NCBI GenBank assembly: GCA_963748625.1
Contig: CAVVJT010000005.1
Location: forward strand, 32,001 to 96,000
Reading direction: 5' to 3'
DNA from: an uncultured Chloroflexia bacterium
GTDB taxonomy: Bacteria; Chloroflexota; Limnocylindria; Limnocylindrales; CSP1-4
Length of the DNA: 64,000 bases
Below the pieces are notes generated by a model. That model worked only from the letters and a program-made list of their open reading frames with translations, made no database searches and was not told the DNA's origin. This document shows, one piece after another, positions 21,503-31,468 of this stretch. The translations under genes and the position numbers were made by a program. Each line of letters begins with the position of its first letter. Positions within the stretch are counted from its first letter, which is position 1.

Positions 21503-22207
21503 ATGTCCCGGATCGCGGTCGTGGACGACGAGCCGACCATCGCGGAGGGCGTCGCAGCCTATCTCCGCCGGGACGGACACGCTGTCGAGATCGCCGCATC
21601 GGCACCTGCTGGGATCGAGCTGGGGCGGACCGGGCCCGACCTCATGATCCTTGACCTGATGCTCGGCGGCGGATCGGGGTTCGACGTGCTCCGGACACTG
21701 CGCGGCGAGGGACGCAGCGTCCCGGTGATCATCCTCAGCGCGCGCGTCGACGTCATCGACCGGGTTGCCGGACTCGAGCTGGGTGCCGACGACTATGTCA
21801 CCAAGCCGTTCGAACCACGGGAGCTCGTGGCCCGCGTCGGCGCGGTGCTCCGGCGCGCCCAGGGAGAGGCGCGCGCAGCGGTGGGCACCAGCCCGTCGGG
21901 CGAGGGCATCGCGCGCGTCCTGGACCTTGGCGTGAACGTGGCGGCCCGGGAGGTCCGACGCGGGTCCACGGAGATCACGTTGACCCGCACGGAGTTCGAC
22001 CTGCTCGTCGCGCTCGCCGAGCACCCGGGGCACGTCATGTCGCGGGAACAGCTCGCGAACCGCCTCTTCGGGGGCCTGTACGAGGAGTCCGACCGGACCG
22101 TGGACAGCCACGTTCGGAACCTGCGCCACAAGCTCGGGGCGGGCCCGGACGGAGGCGAGTACCTCGAGACGGTCCGGGGCGTCGGCTACCGCGTCGCCCG
22201 GAGGTAG
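21503..22207 (+). CDS. OmpR-family response regulator
   Basis: VVDDE, LDLML, GADDYVTKPF, LTRTEFDLL, RTVDSHV, TVRGVGY. Confidence 0.95.
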   Translation: MSRIAVVDDEPTIAEGVAAYLRRDGHAVEIAASAPAGIELGRTGPDLMILDLMLGGGSGFDVLRTLRGEGRSVPVIILSARVDVIDRVAGLELGADDYVTKPFEPRELVARVGAVLRRAQGEARAAVGTSPSGEGIARVLDLGVNVAAREVRRGSTEITLTRTEFDLLVALAEHPGHVMSREQLANRLFGGLYEESDRTVDSHVRNLRHKLGAGPDGGEYLETVRGVGYRVARR

Positions 22208-22236
22208 AGATCCGCGCTGGGGGATACGCTTCGGAC

Positions 22237-22566
22237 GTGACGCACCTGTACACCCTCTTCCTCGGCGGCCGGATCGCACGCGGCGACGGCCTGGGCGACG
22301 CGACGGCGCTGGTCGTTGCCGCCGACACGGTGCTCCTCGTCGGGACCGACGAGGAGGCGGCAGCGGTCTCGCGAGGGGACTCGATGACCGTGGACCTGGC
22401 CGGTGCGGAGATCGTGGCGACCGGCGACCTTGATCCCGGCAGCCCGGCCGACTTCGACGTGGTCCGCAGGGACGGTACCGCGCAGATTCGTGGCGGGCGC
22501 CTCGTCCATGGCACCCTGCCGGGCTGGCACGACCATGTGCCCGGCGAGGAGGGCGGCGCCCACTGA
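22237..22566 (+). CDS. Small protein resembling the N- and C-terminal beta-sandwich strands of amidohydrolases, without the barrel
   Basis: LFLGGRI..ATALVV..VLLVG..VDLAG joined directly to GDLDPGSPADFDVV..GGRLV; TACGCT 6 nt upstream. Confidence 0.55.
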   Translation: MTHLYTLFLGGRIARGDGLGDATALVVAADTVLLVGTDEEAAAVSRGDSMTVDLAGAEIVATGDLDPGSPADFDVVRRDGTAQIRGGRLVHGTLPGWHDHVPGEEGGAH

Positions 22567-22606
22567 CCGTACGCGAGGATCGGGCACGGCGGGACCCTCA
22601 ATGCAA

Positions 22607-22640
22607 GACAGGGGCCCCGCCTCGCGGCAGGGCCCCTGTC
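22607..22640 (-). terminator. Intrinsic terminator-like hairpin between convergent genes
   Basis: GACAGGGGCCC / GGGCCCCTGTC 11-bp stem followed by TTGCATT on the minus strand. Confidence 0.65.
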
Positions 22641-22674
22641 GGCTCCCTCGGGGTAAGGGGCCTGTGACGGTTGG

Positions 22675-25600
22675 CTAGCGGGTGACGCGCTGGTTCACGA
22701 CGGGGCTGGTGCTGCCGGCGTAGTTCGTGGATGCGACATAGCGCGCCGTCATCTGGTACGTGCCGGTGTTCAGGCCCGTGTTCCGGTAGCTGAGAACGGC
22801 GACGCCGTTGACCAGCGTTGCGGTCCCGATCCGGTTGCCGTTGCGGAAGAAGCGGACCGTCCCGGTGGGGGTACCGCCGCCGGGGGCGACGGCGACGACG
22901 GTCGCCCGGTAGGTGATGGTGTTCTGGCGGCTGACCGGGGTGGTCAGCGTGAGCGTGGTGCCCGTTGAGGCCCGGCTGACGACCTGGGCGAGCGGTGCGC
23001 TGGTGCTGGAGGTGTAGTTCGTGTCGCCGGGGTAGACCGCCCGGACGGCGTGCGTGCCGACGGACAGCCCCGTGGTGGTGATCGACGCCACGCCGAACGC
23101 GTCGATTGCCTGGGGCGCGCCGAGGTTGGCGCCGTCCAGGGTGAACTGGACGGTGCCGCCCGGATTGATCCCGAGGCTGCCGTTCTGCGGTGTGACGGTG
23201 GCGGTGAAGGTGACGGACTGGCGGAAAACGCTGTTCGCGTCGTTCGAGACGACCACGGTGGTCGTCGTGAGCTGGGCCACCACGGTGTGGGCAAGCGCGG
23301 CGGACGTTGCACCGAGGAAGTACGTGTCGCCCGAGTAGCGGACGGTGATCGAGCGGTTGCCGGTGGTGAGGGCGGACGTCTGGATGACGACGGCAGACCC
23401 GATGACCGGAACGGCCGCGCCCGTATCGACGCCGTCGACCACGAGCTGGAGCGTGCCCGTCGGCGTGCCGGCGAGCGGGTTAGGGTTGTTGACCGTCGCG
23501 ACGAAGCTCGTGATGGCACCGGCCTTGGTCGGGTTGAACTGGGTGGACAACCCGATGGTGACCGGGGCCCGGAGGATCGTGAGCGACCGGCTGACCGGGG
23601 CCGCGGCCTGCCAGTTGCCGTTGCCCGGCTGGGTGGCCGTGATGGTGCACAGGCCGGGCGCGACGAGGAACACGGCCGTGCCGGTGACCATGCAGGTTGC
23701 CGGCGTGTCCGAGGTGAAGGCGACCGCCAGGCCGGACGTGGACGTCGCGCTCACGAGGAACGACACGGTGCCCCACGTGCGGTTGGCCTGGGCCGCGAAC
23801 ACGATGGCCTGGGGGGCCGGCGTGACGGTGACCGTCCCGGCGGCGTAGCTGATGGTGTAGTTCGGGTCGGCGGCGCCCGAGCAGGTGCTCGGGTAGACAC
23901 CGGTGTCCGAGGTGGAGGTGGCGGTGGTGGAGCAGGCCGGCGGGGTGGCGGGGGCGGTGTCCGGTGCGACGAGGCCTGCGTAGATGGGCGTGATGGCCGG
24001 CACGGCGGCGCCGTAGACCATGGTCCCGGTCGAGGCCGTGATCGTGAGGGCGGCCTGGGCGACCGTGACCGTGCCGTCCACCAGGGTGATGCCGTAGTTC
24101 GTGTCGGCGAAGCCGGTGCAGGTGACCGGGTACGGGCTGCCGCCCACGCCGCTGCCCTGGGTGTAGGTCGTGGTGCACGTGCCGACCGTGGCCGGGGCGA
24201 GATCGCCCGCGACGAGGCCCGCGTAGGCGGGATCCATCGGGCCCGGGACTGCGTCGCCGTACGTGACGGCGAAGCTCGGCGCGGTGATGGTCAGCGGGGC
24301 GGGTGTGATCGTCACGGTCCCGGCGGCGTAGCTGATGGTGTAGTTCGGGTCGGCGGCGCCCGAGCAGGTGCTCGGGTAGACACCGGTGTCCGAGGTGGAG
24401 GTGGCGGTGGTGGAGCAGGCCGGCGGGGTGGCGGGGGCGGTGTCCGGTGCGACGAGGCCTGCGTAGATGGGCGTGATGGCCGGCACGGCGGCGCCGTAGA
24501 CCATGGTCCCGGTCGAGGCCGTGATCGTGAGGGCGGCCTGGGCGACCGTGACCGTGCCGTCCACCAGGGTGATGCCGTAGTTCGTGTCGGCGAAGCCGGT
24601 GCAGGTGACCGGGTACGGGCTGCCGCCCACGCCGCTGCCCTGGGTGTAGGTCGTGGTGCACGTGCCGACCGTGGCCGGGGCGAGATCGCCCGCGACGAGG
24701 CCCGCGTAGGCGGGATCCATCGGGCCCGGGACTGCGTCGCCGTACGTGACGGCGAAGCTCGGCGCGGTGATGGTCAGCGGGGCGGGATCCACGGTCAGGA
24801 CGCCGTCCACGTAGGTGTACGCGTAGTTGCTGTCCAGCGCACCGTCGCACGTGATCGGGTAGGCCCCGACCGGGTCGCCCGTGACGTACGTGGTGGTGCA
24901 GACCGCGAGCGTCGTGTCCGGGTCCACGCCGGTCGAGTACGTCGGCGTAAGCGCCGGCGCATCCGCCCCGTAGAGGATCGTGAGGCTCGGAGCCGTCACG
25001 GTGGCCGGCGCCTTGCCGACCGTGACCGTGCCGTCCACCAGGGTGATGGCGTAGTTCGTGTCGGCGAAGCCGGTGCAGGTGACCGGGTACGGGCTGCCGC
25101 TCACGGGCGAGCCCGCGGCGTACGTGGTGTCGCAGGTGCCGACCGTGGCCGGGGCGAGATCGCCTGCGACGAGGCCGTCGTAGGCGGGAAGGATCGGGTC
25201 GGGCTTCGGGTCGCCGTAGGAGACGGTGAAGCTCGGCGCGGTGATGGTCAACGGGGCCGGGCCGACGGTCAAGGTCCCGTCGACGTAGAACACCTGGCCC
25301 AGGAAGATCGGGTCCGGGGTAGCGCCCGTGCAGCTCGTCGCATAGGTGCCGACCGGGTCGCCGACGGTATAGGTCGTGGAGCAGGTGGCCTCGCCGACCG
25401 GGGCCGGGAGGTCCGGGGTGTAGGCGGCGGTGATCGTCGGGACGGGATCGCCGTAGAGGATCGTGGGCGAGGACGCCGTCACGACCAGCGCGACCGAAGC
25501 ATCGAGCGTGTTGGACACGCCCTCACCGGCCTCGTTCCAGGCAACGACCTTGTAGCGGTACACGGTCCCGAGCGTCGCGGTCTCGTCCGTGTAGGACACG

Positions 25601-28600
25601 GCGTTGGCGAGGGCGGTGCCGATCTGGGTGTACGGACCGGGCTCACCCGCGGTCAGGGTCGCGCGGAGGATCTTGTAGCCGACCTCGTCCTTGGGATCGG
25701 TCCACGTTGCAAGGTTCGCGTAGTCCACCAGCGTGCCATCCGTCCAGCCGAGGACGACAGGACCGCCGGGCAACCTGGTCAGCACCGGGGCGTCGGGGAC
25801 CTCCGAGTCCACCTTGACCGACACCGGCCGCATCATGTCCATCTCCTCGTGGGAGAGGATGTGGCAGTGGAAGACGTACTCCCAGTTGAAGTCCACGATC
25901 GCGTTCACGATCGGGGCGATCGGGGCGCCGGCGGCGTTGGTGTTGTTGAAGCCGGCTTCCGTGCCGAGGACGCCGTTCTGGGAGCCCTGGGCCCCAATGG
26001 GCATCATCGGGTTGAGCGGGCGGCGGCTGTCGGGGACGTTGAACGGGAGCTCAGGCACGATCGGGCGGATCGCCACGTACGTGTCCTGGAGCGGATTGAT
26101 GCGGACCGTGTCCTTCCAGCCCAGCTCGTTGGGATCCGGTGGCTGGAGGTTGTTGTCCCAGGCCACCCGGTTGAGCACCTGGACGTCATAGAGATGGAAG
26201 TGGATCGGGTGGGTGTCCACGCCGTTGTGGGTGATCTTCCAGATCTGCGTGCCGTCGTCCGCGGATGAGATCGGGGTCACGTCGAGGGTGCTCGGCGTCC
26301 CGTTGGCATCGAGGATCTCGGTCACCGGGTTCACGTACGGGTACAGGATGATGTTCTGGGTGATCGGCGTCGCCCCCGGCGCCTCGAGGCCCAGGTTGGC
26401 CGTCATCCGCCCGTACTCGTCGAAGCTCGCCGAGTTCATCTCGTCATGGATGCCCTTGGGCTCATACGGGATCGAGAGCTGGGCGCCATCGAGCGTGTCG
26501 AACTTGAACTTGTCGCCCGGCTTGGCGCCCTCCTGGATGCGGGCGTAGCCGTCGCAGCGCGCGGACGGGTTGGTCGGCGCGGAGCACCAGCCGCCGGCGG
26601 CGAAGTTGGATCCGTACGCGTCGTTGTAGGAGGACTGGCCGACGATGATCGGGTTCTGGCCGGACTCGAAGACTCCGGAGCCATCGGCCTGGTGCTTGAA
26701 TGCGGCGACCAGGCGGCCCTGGCGGTCGTTCGTCGTGTTCGGGCGGTCCCAGGCGAGCGCCGGCGCCGCGTTGGAAACCTTCACCTGCATGATCGTGCGG
26801 GTGTTGGGACCGTAGCCGGGCAGGGTCGTGTTGGCGCAGGCCGGCCGCAGGTCGGCGCTACCGGTGTAGTAGTCGTAGCAGGCGACGCGGGCCGGGAAGG
26901 CGGCCGGAGCATCGTTGTACAGGATCAGGGTCTTGCCGCGGTACTTGCTGAAGTCGACGATGACGTCAGCACGCTCGGCCGGGGCGAGGAGCAGCGAGTG
27001 CTGATCCACGTTGCCCACGTCGAAGCGCGTGGGATCGGTGATCCACGTGGTCGGCTGGGCCGGGATGGTCACCGGTGAGGGCAGGAAGCCACCCTCGGTC
27101 CCGATCTGGACCCAGTCCGGGCCCTTGGGGCTCTTGGTCTCATCGGGCGTCGGGAAGGCGGCTGTATCGGTGAGGGCCGCCTCCACCTCGGCGGGCTTGA
27201 GCGCCACCTCGGAGAGCGTGCCGGTGGTGGGATCCGCGACGTACCAGGACAGGTTCCAGAACCGGTCGTTGGCCGCGTTGAGGATGCGGTAGCGGTAGGC
27301 CTTCGGCTCGACCGTCGTCTTGGGATAGGCCGTGCCGTTGACGATCGGCGTGTCGTTGAAGGCCTCCATGCCCACCGAGACGTTCGGGGTGCCGGGGATC
27401 TGCGGCGGCTCGCAGAACGGCTCGGACTGGTACTGCCAGGTGTCCGGGTTGTCGAGGTCGCAGGCAGGGTCGTAGTACGGGTTGTCGATGGGCTGGTACT
27501 TCGCCGTCGCGGACGGCGGCCAGAACCAGGGGCCGTACATCCAGCGCCCGAAAGAGCTCATGCCGGACGGGTCGTTGGGGTTCTGGGCGGGCATGTAGAC
27601 GTGCGGCGCCCAGAGCGAGCCCTCGCCGCCCCACTTGCTGGTGTCCCAGGTGGGATCGGTGTCGTGGATGTTGGCGGGGACGAAGGTCTTGTCCTGGATG
27701 ATCAGCGGCGTGCCGATGCCGAGGCCTTCGTCAACCGTGGGCGTCGACAAGTCGTCGCCCATTGCCCCACCGGGCGCAGTGAGCGCCTTCTCGACGTCAT
27801 CGGTGATGACGTAGCCGGCGGCCTCGCCCGCGTAGACGTTGAGGCGGGTGATGCCCCACGCGTGGTCGTGGTAGAACATCAGCCGCGCCGACTGCTGGTT
27901 CGTGTAGAAGAAGGTCATGGAGCCCGGTTCCGGATCGGGCATGTCGGGCACGTTGGAGACGCTCACGCCCTCGGGATACCTTGTGGCCTCGTCAGCCGGC
28001 GTGATCCACTGGTGCGGCGTGCCGTCGCTGATCCAGGGTGTGACGCCACCGTGGAGGTGGAGCGTGGCCCTGTTCTCCGAGTAGCAGTCCATCTTCTCGA
28101 TGGAGCACATCGGGTTGCGGGCCTCGTCCAGGACCGACCCGAACTCCGCGGTCGTGTCGATCGGGACACCGGCGCCGTCAAGGTCGACGGAGTCGGGGCC
28201 CATGCCGGCGCCCATCAGCGTGGTGTCGACCGGCAGGAAGAGGTCGCCCCCGACGCCCGTCGGCAGCAGGTTGCGGAAGAGGATGCGGACAGGGCGGTCC
28301 TTCGTCGCGACGATCGTGGGGCCCAGGTAGTGGGGGACGTCCACACCTCGGGCGCGGGAGCCGTCGGGCAGGAGGATCGGGGTCGAGGGTCCGTTGGGGT
28401 CGAGGCTCTCGTTGCTCAGCGCTGCGCGCGCCCCGGGGACAACGTCCGTCGACAGCTGCACGTAGCCGCGCAGCAGCGTCGGCGGCACGTCCTCGTGGAA
28501 TGTGTGCCGGTACTGGACCAGGCCGATCTCGTAGTAGTCGGCGCCGGGGTACGTCGTCGTGTCGGGCACGCCGACAGGGATGTAGTTGCCCTGGTCATTG

Positions 28601-30162
28601 GCGGCGTCGGGCCCCAGGCCCGGGAGCGTGTTCACGAACTTGCGGATGCCCGGCGTGAGGTAGCCGGCTCCGGGGTTGGTGACCGTGATGCCCGTGACGG
28701 CGCCCTTGACGGCGACCGTGGCGGTGGCGCTCGCGCCCTTGTCCGCCACGCCGACGGTGTCGGCGATGGTCACGGTCGGGGCCGAGTCGTAACCCTTGCC
28801 ACCTGACGTGATCGACACGGCGGAGATGCCGATGGTCGCCGTCGCGGTGGCGAACTCTGTGGGCACCTGCTCGCTTGCGTCGGTGATGGTGACGCCCGGC
28901 GCCTTCGTGTACCCGGAGCCCGGGTCGGCGACCTCGATGCCGGTCACGGTGCCGTTGGCGTCCATCGTGGCGGTGGCAGTCGCGCGCACGCCACCCACGG
29001 TGATGTCGGGCAAGGTGATGGTGACGATCGGCTGCGACTGGTAACCGCTGCCGCCGTTGGTGATGACGATGTTGTCAACGCCGCCGCTGGCGGCCGCGGT
29101 CGCCTCGAAGCCGGTGGTGAAGTTGCCGCCCGCGAAGGTGACCGCAGGGGCGGTGAAGCCGAACCCGGCCTCGTCAACGGTGATGCTGTTGACCACGCCC
29201 TCGCTGATCACCGCGGTCGCTGTCGCCTGCGTGGTGGGCGTCATGCCTGGGGCGGTGATGGTGACGGCCGGGGCGTTCAGGTAGCCCTGGCCGGGGCTGG
29301 TGACCGTGATGTCGCTGATGGCGCCCGTCTTGGAGTCGACGGTCGCCGTGGCCGTCGCGCCCTCGCCCGGATCTGTCCGCACGGTGGCGGACAGGGAGTA
29401 GATGCGGTCACGCGCGGCGACGGGGAACAGCGGATCGACGCCCAGGGACACGACGGCGCCGGCGATGGGCGCGTCGGGACCGACCGGGGAGGCGGTCACA
29501 TCGGTGCCGGCCGCCAGGTCGAACGGGATGCCCTTGCCGTACCAGCCGATGACGTCACCGTTCTCCACGGCAACGTTCGGGGTCACGGGGAACGAGACGA
29601 GCTCCGGGACCAGCGGGTCCGCCAGGTTCGGGGCGGTCAGCGGGCCGCTGTCGTACACGACGGTGTACTCGTCGGGGTTCGCCGTGGGCCGCAGCACGTA
29701 GGCATGGAAGATGTCGCCTGAGAGCCCGGGCGTGGGCTCCTGGTTCCAGACCTGGAACCTGCGGAGCATGCCGGCGGGCAGAGCGCTGCCTGCGACAACG
29801 CCGAATGCCGCCTCCGTGTCGGTGGCGGTGGCTCGCGCGACGAGCGGGTTGCCGATCGCAACCGGCGGTGGCGCCGCGATCTCGACGACCGCGTTGACCA
29901 TGACCTGGGGGCTGTTGGCGTAGTTGGAGTACGGGCCGAAGTAGTGGGGAACCGCCGACTCGTCGGTCGCGGACAACGGCAGGTCGCGCGTGGCGCCGTC
30001 CTGGCCGGTCGCCACAGGCTTGACTGCAGCGGGGGCTGGGGCCGGAGGCGCGCCAGCCGCGACCCCTCCATCGGGCCCTGGGCCCGAGCGGGCAGCACCC
30101 GCAGGTACGGTGACGACGAGCAGCATGAGTGCGGCGATAAGCGCCGCAAGACGCCTGAGCAT
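22675..30162 (-). CDS. Giant secreted multicopper oxidase (MofA/OmpB-like) with FN3, MBG-like and Ig-like repeats
   Basis: Copper motifs HLHGG, FYHDH, HPIHFH, HCHILSHEEMDMM; signal peptide MLRRLAALIAA; YRYKVVAWN FN3 pattern; PTGTV.F...Y.GD.NY Ig repeats. Confidence 0.9.
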   Translation of the reverse strand: MLRRLAALIAALMLLVVTVPAGAARSGPGPDGGVAAGAPPAPAPAAVKPVATGQDGATRDLPLSATDESAVPHYFGPYSNYANSPQVMVNAVVEIAAPPPVAIGNPLVARATATDTEAAFGVVAGSALPAGMLRRFQVWNQEPTPGLSGDIFHAYVLRPTANPDEYTVVYDSGPLTAPNLADPLVPELVSFPVTPNVAVENGDVIGWYGKGIPFDLAAGTDVTASPVGPDAPIAGAVVSLGVDPLFPVAARDRIYSLSATVRTDPGEGATATATVDSKTGAISDITVTSPGQGYLNAPAVTITAPGMTPTTQATATAVISEGVVNSITVDEAGFGFTAPAVTFAGGNFTTGFEATAAASGGVDNIVITNGGSGYQSQPIVTITLPDITVGGVRATATATMDANGTVTGIEVADPGSGYTKAPGVTITDASEQVPTEFATATATIGISAVSITSGGKGYDSAPTVTIADTVGVADKGASATATVAVKGAVTGITVTNPGAGYLTPGIRKFVNTLPGLGPDAANDQGNYIPVGVPDTTTYPGADYYEIGLVQYRHTFHEDVPPTLLRGYVQLSTDVVPGARAALSNESLDPNGPSTPILLPDGSRARGVDVPHYLGPTIVATKDRPVRILFRNLLPTGVGGDLFLPVDTTLMGAGMGPDSVDLDGAGVPIDTTAEFGSVLDEARNPMCSIEKMDCYSENRATLHLHGGVTPWISDGTPHQWITPADEATRYPEGVSVSNVPDMPDPEPGSMTFFYTNQQSARLMFYHDHAWGITRLNVYAGEAAGYVITDDVEKALTAPGGAMGDDLSTPTVDEGLGIGTPLIIQDKTFVPANIHDTDPTWDTSKWGGEGSLWAPHVYMPAQNPNDPSGMSSFGRWMYGPWFWPPSATAKYQPIDNPYYDPACDLDNPDTWQYQSEPFCEPPQIPGTPNVSVGMEAFNDTPIVNGTAYPKTTVEPKAYRYRILNAANDRFWNLSWYVADPTTGTLSEVALKPAEVEAALTDTAAFPTPDETKSPKGPDWVQIGTEGGFLPSPVTIPAQPTTWITDPTRFDVGNVDQHSLLLAPAERADVIVDFSKYRGKTLILYNDAPAAFPARVACYDYYTGSADLRPACANTTLPGYGPNTRTIMQVKVSNAAPALAWDRPNTTNDRQGRLVAAFKHQADGSGVFESGQNPIIVGQSSYNDAYGSNFAAGGWCSAPTNPSARCDGYARIQEGAKPGDKFKFDTLDGAQLSIPYEPKGIHDEMNSASFDEYGRMTANLGLEAPGATPITQNIILYPYVNPVTEILDANGTPSTLDVTPISSADDGTQIWKITHNGVDTHPIHFHLYDVQVLNRVAWDNNLQPPDPNELGWKDTVRINPLQDTYVAIRPIVPELPFNVPDSRRPLNPMMPIGAQGSQNGVLGTEAGFNNTNAAGAPIAPIVNAIVDFNWEYVFHCHILSHEEMDMMRPVSVKVDSEVPDAPVLTRLPGGPVVLGWTDGTLVDYANLATWTDPKDEVGYKILRATLTAGEPGPYTQIGTALANAVSYTDETATLGTVYRYKVVAWNEAGEGVSNTLDASVALVVTASSPTILYGDPVPTITAAYTPDLPAPVGEATCSTTYTVGDPVGTYATSCTGATPDPIFLGQVFYVDGTLTVGPAPLTITAPSFTVSYGDPKPDPILPAYDGLVAGDLAPATVGTCDTTYAAGSPVSGSPYPVTCTGFADTNYAITLVDGTVTVGKAPATVTAPSLTILYGADAPALTPTYSTGVDPDTTLAVCTTTYVTGDPVGAYPITCDGALDSNYAYTYVDGVLTVDPAPLTITAPSFAVTYGDAVPGPMDPAYAGLVAGDLAPATVGTCTTTYTQGSGVGGSPYPVTCTGFADTNYGITLVDGTVTVAQAALTITASTGTMVYGAAVPAITPIYAGLVAPDTAPATPPACSTTATSTSDTGVYPSTCSGAADPNYTISYAAGTVTITPAPLTITAPSFAVTYGDAVPGPMDPAYAGLVAGDLAPATVGTCTTTYTQGSGVGGSPYPVTCTGFADTNYGITLVDGTVTVAQAALTITASTGTMVYGAAVPAITPIYAGLVAPDTAPATPPACSTTATSTSDTGVYPSTCSGAADPNYTISYAAGTVTVTPAPQAIVFAAQANRTWGTVSFLVSATSTSGLAVAFTSDTPATCMVTGTAVFLVAPGLCTITATQPGNGNWQAAAPVSRSLTILRAPVTIGLSTQFNPTKAGAITSFVATVNNPNPLAGTPTGTLQLVVDGVDTGAAVPVIGSAVVIQTSALTTGNRSITVRYSGDTYFLGATSAALAHTVVAQLTTTTVVVSNDANSVFRQSVTFTATVTPQNGSLGINPGGTVQFTLDGANLGAPQAIDAFGVASITTTGLSVGTHAVRAVYPGDTNYTSSTSAPLAQVVSRASTGTTLTLTTPVSRQNTITYRATVVAVAPGGGTPTGTVRFFRNGNRIGTATLVNGVAVLSYRNTGLNTGTYQMTARYVASTNYAGSTSPVVNQRVTR
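23834..24786. repeat. Near-identical intragenic tandem duplication, 483-bp period (161 aa)
   Basis: 23834-24303 matches 24317-24786; diverged related unit near 25020-25260. Confidence 0.9.
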
Positions 30163-30404
30163 CCCGAATTCCCCTTCCCCGGGCCGGTCTGAGGTACCGG
30201 CATCCAACGGCCCCAATGCCCACACGGCACTCCCAAGGGGCCCTGTGCTGCACCGTAACCGCTCGGCGACCGGCGCCCATCGGGGGAGACCCCTACCCAA
30301 CCACGGAAACCTGTGGTCCGGTACGTACGTGGATTGTCCGTGGCGGATGCGCGCGTCCGCCGGGTGCAGCCGCCCGGCGGAGGGGGCATCATCGCGGGGT
30401 GCCG

Positions 30405-30818
30405 ATGAACGCCGACTTCGAAGCCGCAGACCTGGTCCGGCGCCGCCCGGGTAACCGCCGGGCGCTGGTGCCCGATCCGCAGGTCGCCGGGTTGCTCGCC
30501 CCAGGCGAACTCGTGCTGGCGTCACGTGCCGGCGTGCTCCTCGACCAGCGGGCGCCACGCCGTGAGGAGCCCGACGCGGTGCCCGACGGCGTGTCCGGTG
30601 ATCTCTACATCACGTCAGACCGCCTGCTCCACATCAGCGCGGTGATCGTGGAGGTCCCGCTGGGCGTGATCCTGGAGGCCATCATTACCACCGACACCCT
30701 GTGGCTGCTGCTGGCCGGAGGTGGCAGCTGTGCGGTGCGCGTCCCCGACCCAGCGGTCCTGCGCGTGGAGCTGGCCGCCGCCCGGCGTGGCGATCCGGCC
30801 GGGGAGCCGGTCTCCTAG
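30405..30818 (+). CDS. Hypothetical protein, possibly PH-like fold
   Basis: LAPGELVL...GDLYITSDRLL...EVPL..I pattern. Confidence 0.55.
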   Translation: MNADFEAADLVRRRPGNRRALVPDPQVAGLLAPGELVLASRAGVLLDQRAPRREEPDAVPDGVSGDLYITSDRLLHISAVIVEVPLGVILEAIITTDTLWLLLAGGGSCAVRVPDPAVLRVELAAARRGDPAGEPVS

Positions 30819-31468
30819 CCCTCCTCGCGGTAGCGGCGGGCCGCCTCGCCCCGGTTGGCGGCATCGAGCTTGTGCAGGATGTTGCTGACGTGCGTCTCCA
30901 CGGTCCGCGGGGAGATCGTCAGCGCGACTGCGATGTCCCTGTCGGACAGGCCGTCGGCAAGGAGGCGCAGCACGTCACGCTCCCGGGCAGTGAGCCCGTC
31001 GAGGTCGCTGCGGTCCGCCGACTGGTCCACCTGGCCCCGCCAGGACACCTGGGCGAGAAGCCGGTGGGCGAGCCGGCGGCTCATGGCCAGCTCCCCGGTC
31101 TGCGTGCCCAGGAGGGCGCGGACGAGCGCGTCCGGGGTCAGGTCCTTGGTCAGGTAGCCACGTGCGCCGTAGCGCATGGCGCTCAGGACGTCGCGATCGC
31201 TCGCCGTCGTGGACAACACCACGATGGAGGTCGCCGGCAGCCGGGGTGCGAGCTCGCGCACGACGGACAGTCCGGAGATGCCGGGGAGCGCGATGTCGAC
31301 GAGGAGGATGTCAGGTGCGATCGACGGTGCGAGCTCGATCGCGGCCTCACCGGTCGCAGCCTCCGCGACCATGTCCATGCCGCCGGGCCCGATCGCCGCC
31401 GCCACGGCACCCCGTACCAGCGGATGGTCGTCCACGATCATCACCCGCAGCCTGACCCCGTCCCTCAC
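30815..31468 (-). CDS. NarL/LuxR-family response regulator
   Basis: IVDDHPLVR, GARGYLTK, LTARERDVL, ISPRTVETHVSNIL.KL. Confidence 0.95.
   Translation of the reverse strand: MRDGVRLRVMIVDDHPLVRGAVAAAIGPGGMDMVAEAATGEAAIELAPSIAPDILLVDIALPGISGLSVVRELAPRLPATSIVVLSTTASDRDVLSAMRYGARGYLTKDLTPDALVRALLGTQTGELAMSRRLAHRLLAQVSWRGQVDQSADRSDLDGLTARERDVLRLLADGLSDRDIAVALTISPRTVETHVSNILHKLDAANRGEAARRYREEG

Noticed and set aside
23050-26268. 1072-aa plus-strand ORF, and similar long antisense ORFs such as 54492-57014
   Set aside because: Shadow ORFs opposite well-supported genes; expected in high-GC DNA.
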